A DNA stretch of 24,512 nt. It comes from a virus. Taxonomy: Duplodnaviria > Caudoviricetes. Shown in pieces: positions 22,801-24,512 of the stretch (position 1 is the stretch's first letter; each line of letters begins with the position of its first letter). A program made the translations under genes and the position numbers. The notes under the pieces are model-generated. The model had not been told where the DNA came from and searched no databases. It saw only the letters and a program-made list of their open reading frames with translations. Location: the IMG/VR virus record IMGVR_UViG_3300032608_000576, positions 1 through 24,512 of that record; one strand, given 5' to 3'.

Positions 22801-24461
22801 AGCCAAGCGGGGCAAAGAACTTTCTGGACGACGCCTCGACCTACCTGGACCAGGTGTTCGGGTTCGCCAGGCTGGTCAAGGACAAGATTCTGGGGTTGGT
22901 GGATGACCCGCTGGCACCCGACGCCTACAAGGCCTACGAGGACACGTCCAAGGCGGTGCCCTTCATCACTGGGCTGCTGGGCCTGATGGGCAAGGACCTG
23001 AAAGCAGAGCTCCCCGAGGACGGCTTTGAGGAGACGCTGCCCGAGTACCTGCGCCTGGCCGAGTGGGCACTGGATCAGATCATGCCATCCGTGGAGAGCA
23101 TGATTGGGGAGTGGGGGCAAGTCGAGGGCGATGCCAAGTCGGCCCTCGAGGTCGGCTCCGGTGCCGTCGGCTGGATCACCAGCCTGCTGGGACTGGGTGG
23201 TCAGAAGCTGGCCGCCGAGTTGCCTGAGAAGGGCTACGAGAAACGCCTCCCCGAGTACCTGCGCCTAGCCGAGTGGGCCCTGGATCAGATCATGCCCATT
23301 CTTGACGACATCATTCTCGCCTACGGCCAGGCCGCGACGGACGCCAAGAGCGCCCTGCAAATCGGGTCCGAGGCTGTGGGCTGGATCACGAGCCTGCTGG
23401 GCCTGGGCAGCCAGGAACTCAAGGCCGGGGAGATCGGCGAGGGCTTTGTCGAGAACCTGCCCGTAACCCTCGCGGCCGCAGAGTGGGCCGTTGACCAGGT
23501 CATGCCCGTCATAGATGACATCATCATCGCGTGGGGGCAGGCCGAGGAAGGCGCCAAGTCGGCCCTGGAAAAGGGCGGCGAGGCCGTCGGGCATATCACC
23601 GGCATTCTGGGCCTGGCAGGGCTGGACCTCAGCGTCAAGACCACGGCGGGCGACTTTCAGGCAGGGCTGGCGAACCTGCTGGCCAACGCCAAGCTGGCCA
23701 TGGCCTCGTTGATGCCCTTTTTGTCTCAGCTGCGCAGCACCTACATCACCGAGTTGGCCGGGGTCGAGACGGACACCCTGGCCCTGAACGGCGAGATCGC
23801 CGAAAAGCTCGGGCCGATCATGGACCTCATGGGCCTGGCCTCGACGTTCGAGGACCTACAAACGCGCAAGGCCGACCCAACGGTGCGGCGGTTCGCTTTT
23901 GAGGTCGTGATCGCCCGGTTCATCACGCAGATGAAAGAGGCCAGCAAGCAACTCAAGGTGGCCCTCCCCGAGATCGAGACCATCTGGGACGGGGCCCTGG
24001 ACACGGCTGTCACGCTGGTCGAAAAGATCGCGGCCTTTTTCGGCCACATTGCCACAGCGCTGAAGAGCGGCGAGGAGATCGCCCTGAGCAAGGGCCTCAA
24101 GCCGCAGGCGGTGCTCGACAGCCTGGGCGTGTTCACCGAGATGGTCACCGGCGTGCAGACCATGGGCGGCTGGCAGGGCATCCTCGGCGGCATCCAGGGC
24201 GGGGGCATCGGCGCGGCAGGCACATTCGGCGCCCCGACGGTGCTCAGTGGCCTGACGGTGCCCGAGGCAGCGTACACCAACCCGGACCTGGGCGGCGGCG
24301 GCACTGGGGGACTGGCCGCCGCGTTCCGCAAGGCCCTAGACGAGAGCGGGGCGAGGGTGACGGTGGATCTGTTCTATGAGGGCGAGAAACGGGGCGAGAC
24401 GACAGTGAAGCTCAAGCGGGCGGGCAATCAGTCCGTGCGCCTAGCAGCGGGGATAGCATGA
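19857..24461 (+). CDS. tape measure protein (TP901-like core) with long C-terminal extension
   Basis: KLGTAVLELKTD N-terminus, ADFETQI, GIRGAEAGTALKSM, HSPSKVM; 1534 aa, follows the chaperone genes. Confidence 0.92.
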   Translation: MAGSEKLGTAVLELKTDSTGLNAGIASAKTRVGGLGAVLGSVGGIAAGLFAGRAIVGGIKEMVDVSADFETQIKLLEVAAKGSGVSFDDLSDVALQTGADTSLIGISASQSADALTNFYKAGLKTSDIFGGAGGLNAYMEEGAELSGAFRAAIDLQAASELNLDQASDLLATTMSTFGISAEEATKITDNLVQSADASVTSVPELAAAMETVGSTFASFYGESLGGMGTLEELNNLLAVLSSRGIRGAEAGTALKSMMMQLLTPASAAKDALAAAGFHAFTATGDIRGMGEMMDELGTILLKNASTSGLTVGMTLAQSRAFHKLQEEYDGLVASSTELTEKVEGGAGATEEEVRQYWALQDTLAQTARALNDMTKVQYDAATGMAIMTDEASTFLSKKAAGSYGIKALTTLMAEGQTGLDEMTAATAEASTAADVSAARTSGLNGAMEALEGTIETFMIKAGTPLIEKFFTPLVSFAAKVVESVIPMLDGFGPALDSVGSVVGGLLEKTQGLGDVEGPTVGAPTAGSVGVNATELATTMMSGLADAITTHLSANSAAYATAITTGMLDILKAVPPKLLVKVPDLAGAHAGVFGAVIGAGIKGLSTLVGGFATTLWDSITGIFDKAGEDADADDAGKTKSSANILGFFNGVMKKFMDGLTGNTEWPKAIGDWILGLVTGLEDFSVAETDKFIALFTGDPDGIITKGIQSIEDEVESIKQAGRDLLSGFFEGLGDSKIAQTGKSVWEKATGWLPKKTKDEYDAHSPSKVMMAIGGDIVEGLGIGISNGIPQVEGSFSGVMDVFDSIVGWLTRFAMVAGSSGMEAAGETFEDIADGIEDMSTAFMQFAQGAKAVKEGELDRGGMIAYLDEWAWAAGQAVIRVQEVVKSVGSETITKMKGRATRLGTILQSLVTDFSKWKPGDMTQMRAYLDQLGVFLPEIVRSLVSMVTDPETGLGSIILDDVVVWSGQLASTFQLMGANLAGIKPSGAKNFLDDASTYLDQVFGFARLVKDKILGLVDDPLAPDAYKAYEDTSKAVPFITGLLGLMGKDLKAELPEDGFEETLPEYLRLAEWALDQIMPSVESMIGEWGQVEGDAKSALEVGSGAVGWITSLLGLGGQKLAAELPEKGYEKRLPEYLRLAEWALDQIMPILDDIILAYGQAATDAKSALQIGSEAVGWITSLLGLGSQELKAGEIGEGFVENLPVTLAAAEWAVDQVMPVIDDIIIAWGQAEEGAKSALEKGGEAVGHITGILGLAGLDLSVKTTAGDFQAGLANLLANAKLAMASLMPFLSQLRSTYITELAGVETDTLALNGEIAEKLGPIMDLMGLASTFEDLQTRKADPTVRRFAFEVVIARFITQMKEASKQLKVALPEIETIWDGALDTAVTLVEKIAAFFGHIATALKSGEEIALSKGLKPQAVLDSLGVFTEMVTGVQTMGGWQGILGGIQGGGIGAAGTFGAPTVLSGLTVPEAAYTNPDLGGGGTGGLAAAFRKALDESGARVTVDLFYEGEKRGETTVKLKRAGNQSVRLAAGIA
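22965..23620 (+). repeat. about three tandem 210-bp (70-aa) repeats in the tape measure C-terminal half
   Basis: LP(EY/VT)L..AEWA(L/V)DQ(I/V)MP units at about 23041, 23251 and 23461. Confidence 0.85.
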
Positions 24462-24512
24462 GCGCTGGCTGGTGGAACGACAACCTGCTGTGGATGACCG
24501 GCGGCGTAACGC
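24458..24512 (+). CDS. 5' end of the next tail gene (partial)
   Basis: ATGA overlap with the tape measure stop; MSAGWWNDNLLWMTGGVT... Confidence 0.55.
   Translation, partial: MSAGWWNDNLLWMTGGVT

Noticed and set aside
21527-23120. Long minus-strand ORFs opposite the tape measure gene (303 and 363 aa)
   Set aside because: No motifs, promoter or SD; composition fits antisense shadows of GC-rich codons, unlike the motif-bearing antisense HNH in the intein
1-24512. CRISPR array, tRNA/rRNA, integrase, transposase, reverse transcriptase/DGR
   Set aside because: None recognised; the long tandem repeats found are all in-frame coding repeats without spacers

Overview
GC-rich segment of a tailed dsDNA (siphovirus-like, HK97-fold) phage or prophage; almost every real gene is on the + strand and many are coupled by ATGA/GTGA overlaps. 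1-4541 is an accessory block: small membrane proteins, two class I SAM methyltransferases, a GT-B (GT4-like) glycosyltransferase split into two genes, a gpF-like fragment and an HTH regulator. After a regulatory gap (4542-4690) comes a late morphogenesis operon: terS, terL, portal fused to a Mu gpF/SPP1 gp7-like domain, a run of small ORFs, prohead protease, major capsid protein, three probable head decoration/fibre genes, head-tail joining genes, major tail protein, tail chaperone with a predicted -1 frameshift, and a 1534-aa tape measure protein. The best candidate for a new system is the 306-aa intein in the TerL Walker A motif. It has no in-frame endonuclease; instead it carries an HTH-HNH endonuclease gene on the opposite strand, with its own extended -10 promoter placed for a leaderless transcript. 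Also notable: two genes in the capsid decoration slot begin with export signals (one lipoprotein, one Sec); the glycosyltransferase is split at its domain linker around a small membrane gene; and a structured leader with a terminator sits directly before the protease-capsid genes. All family calls come from motif recognition by eye; no searches were run and the host cannot be determined.
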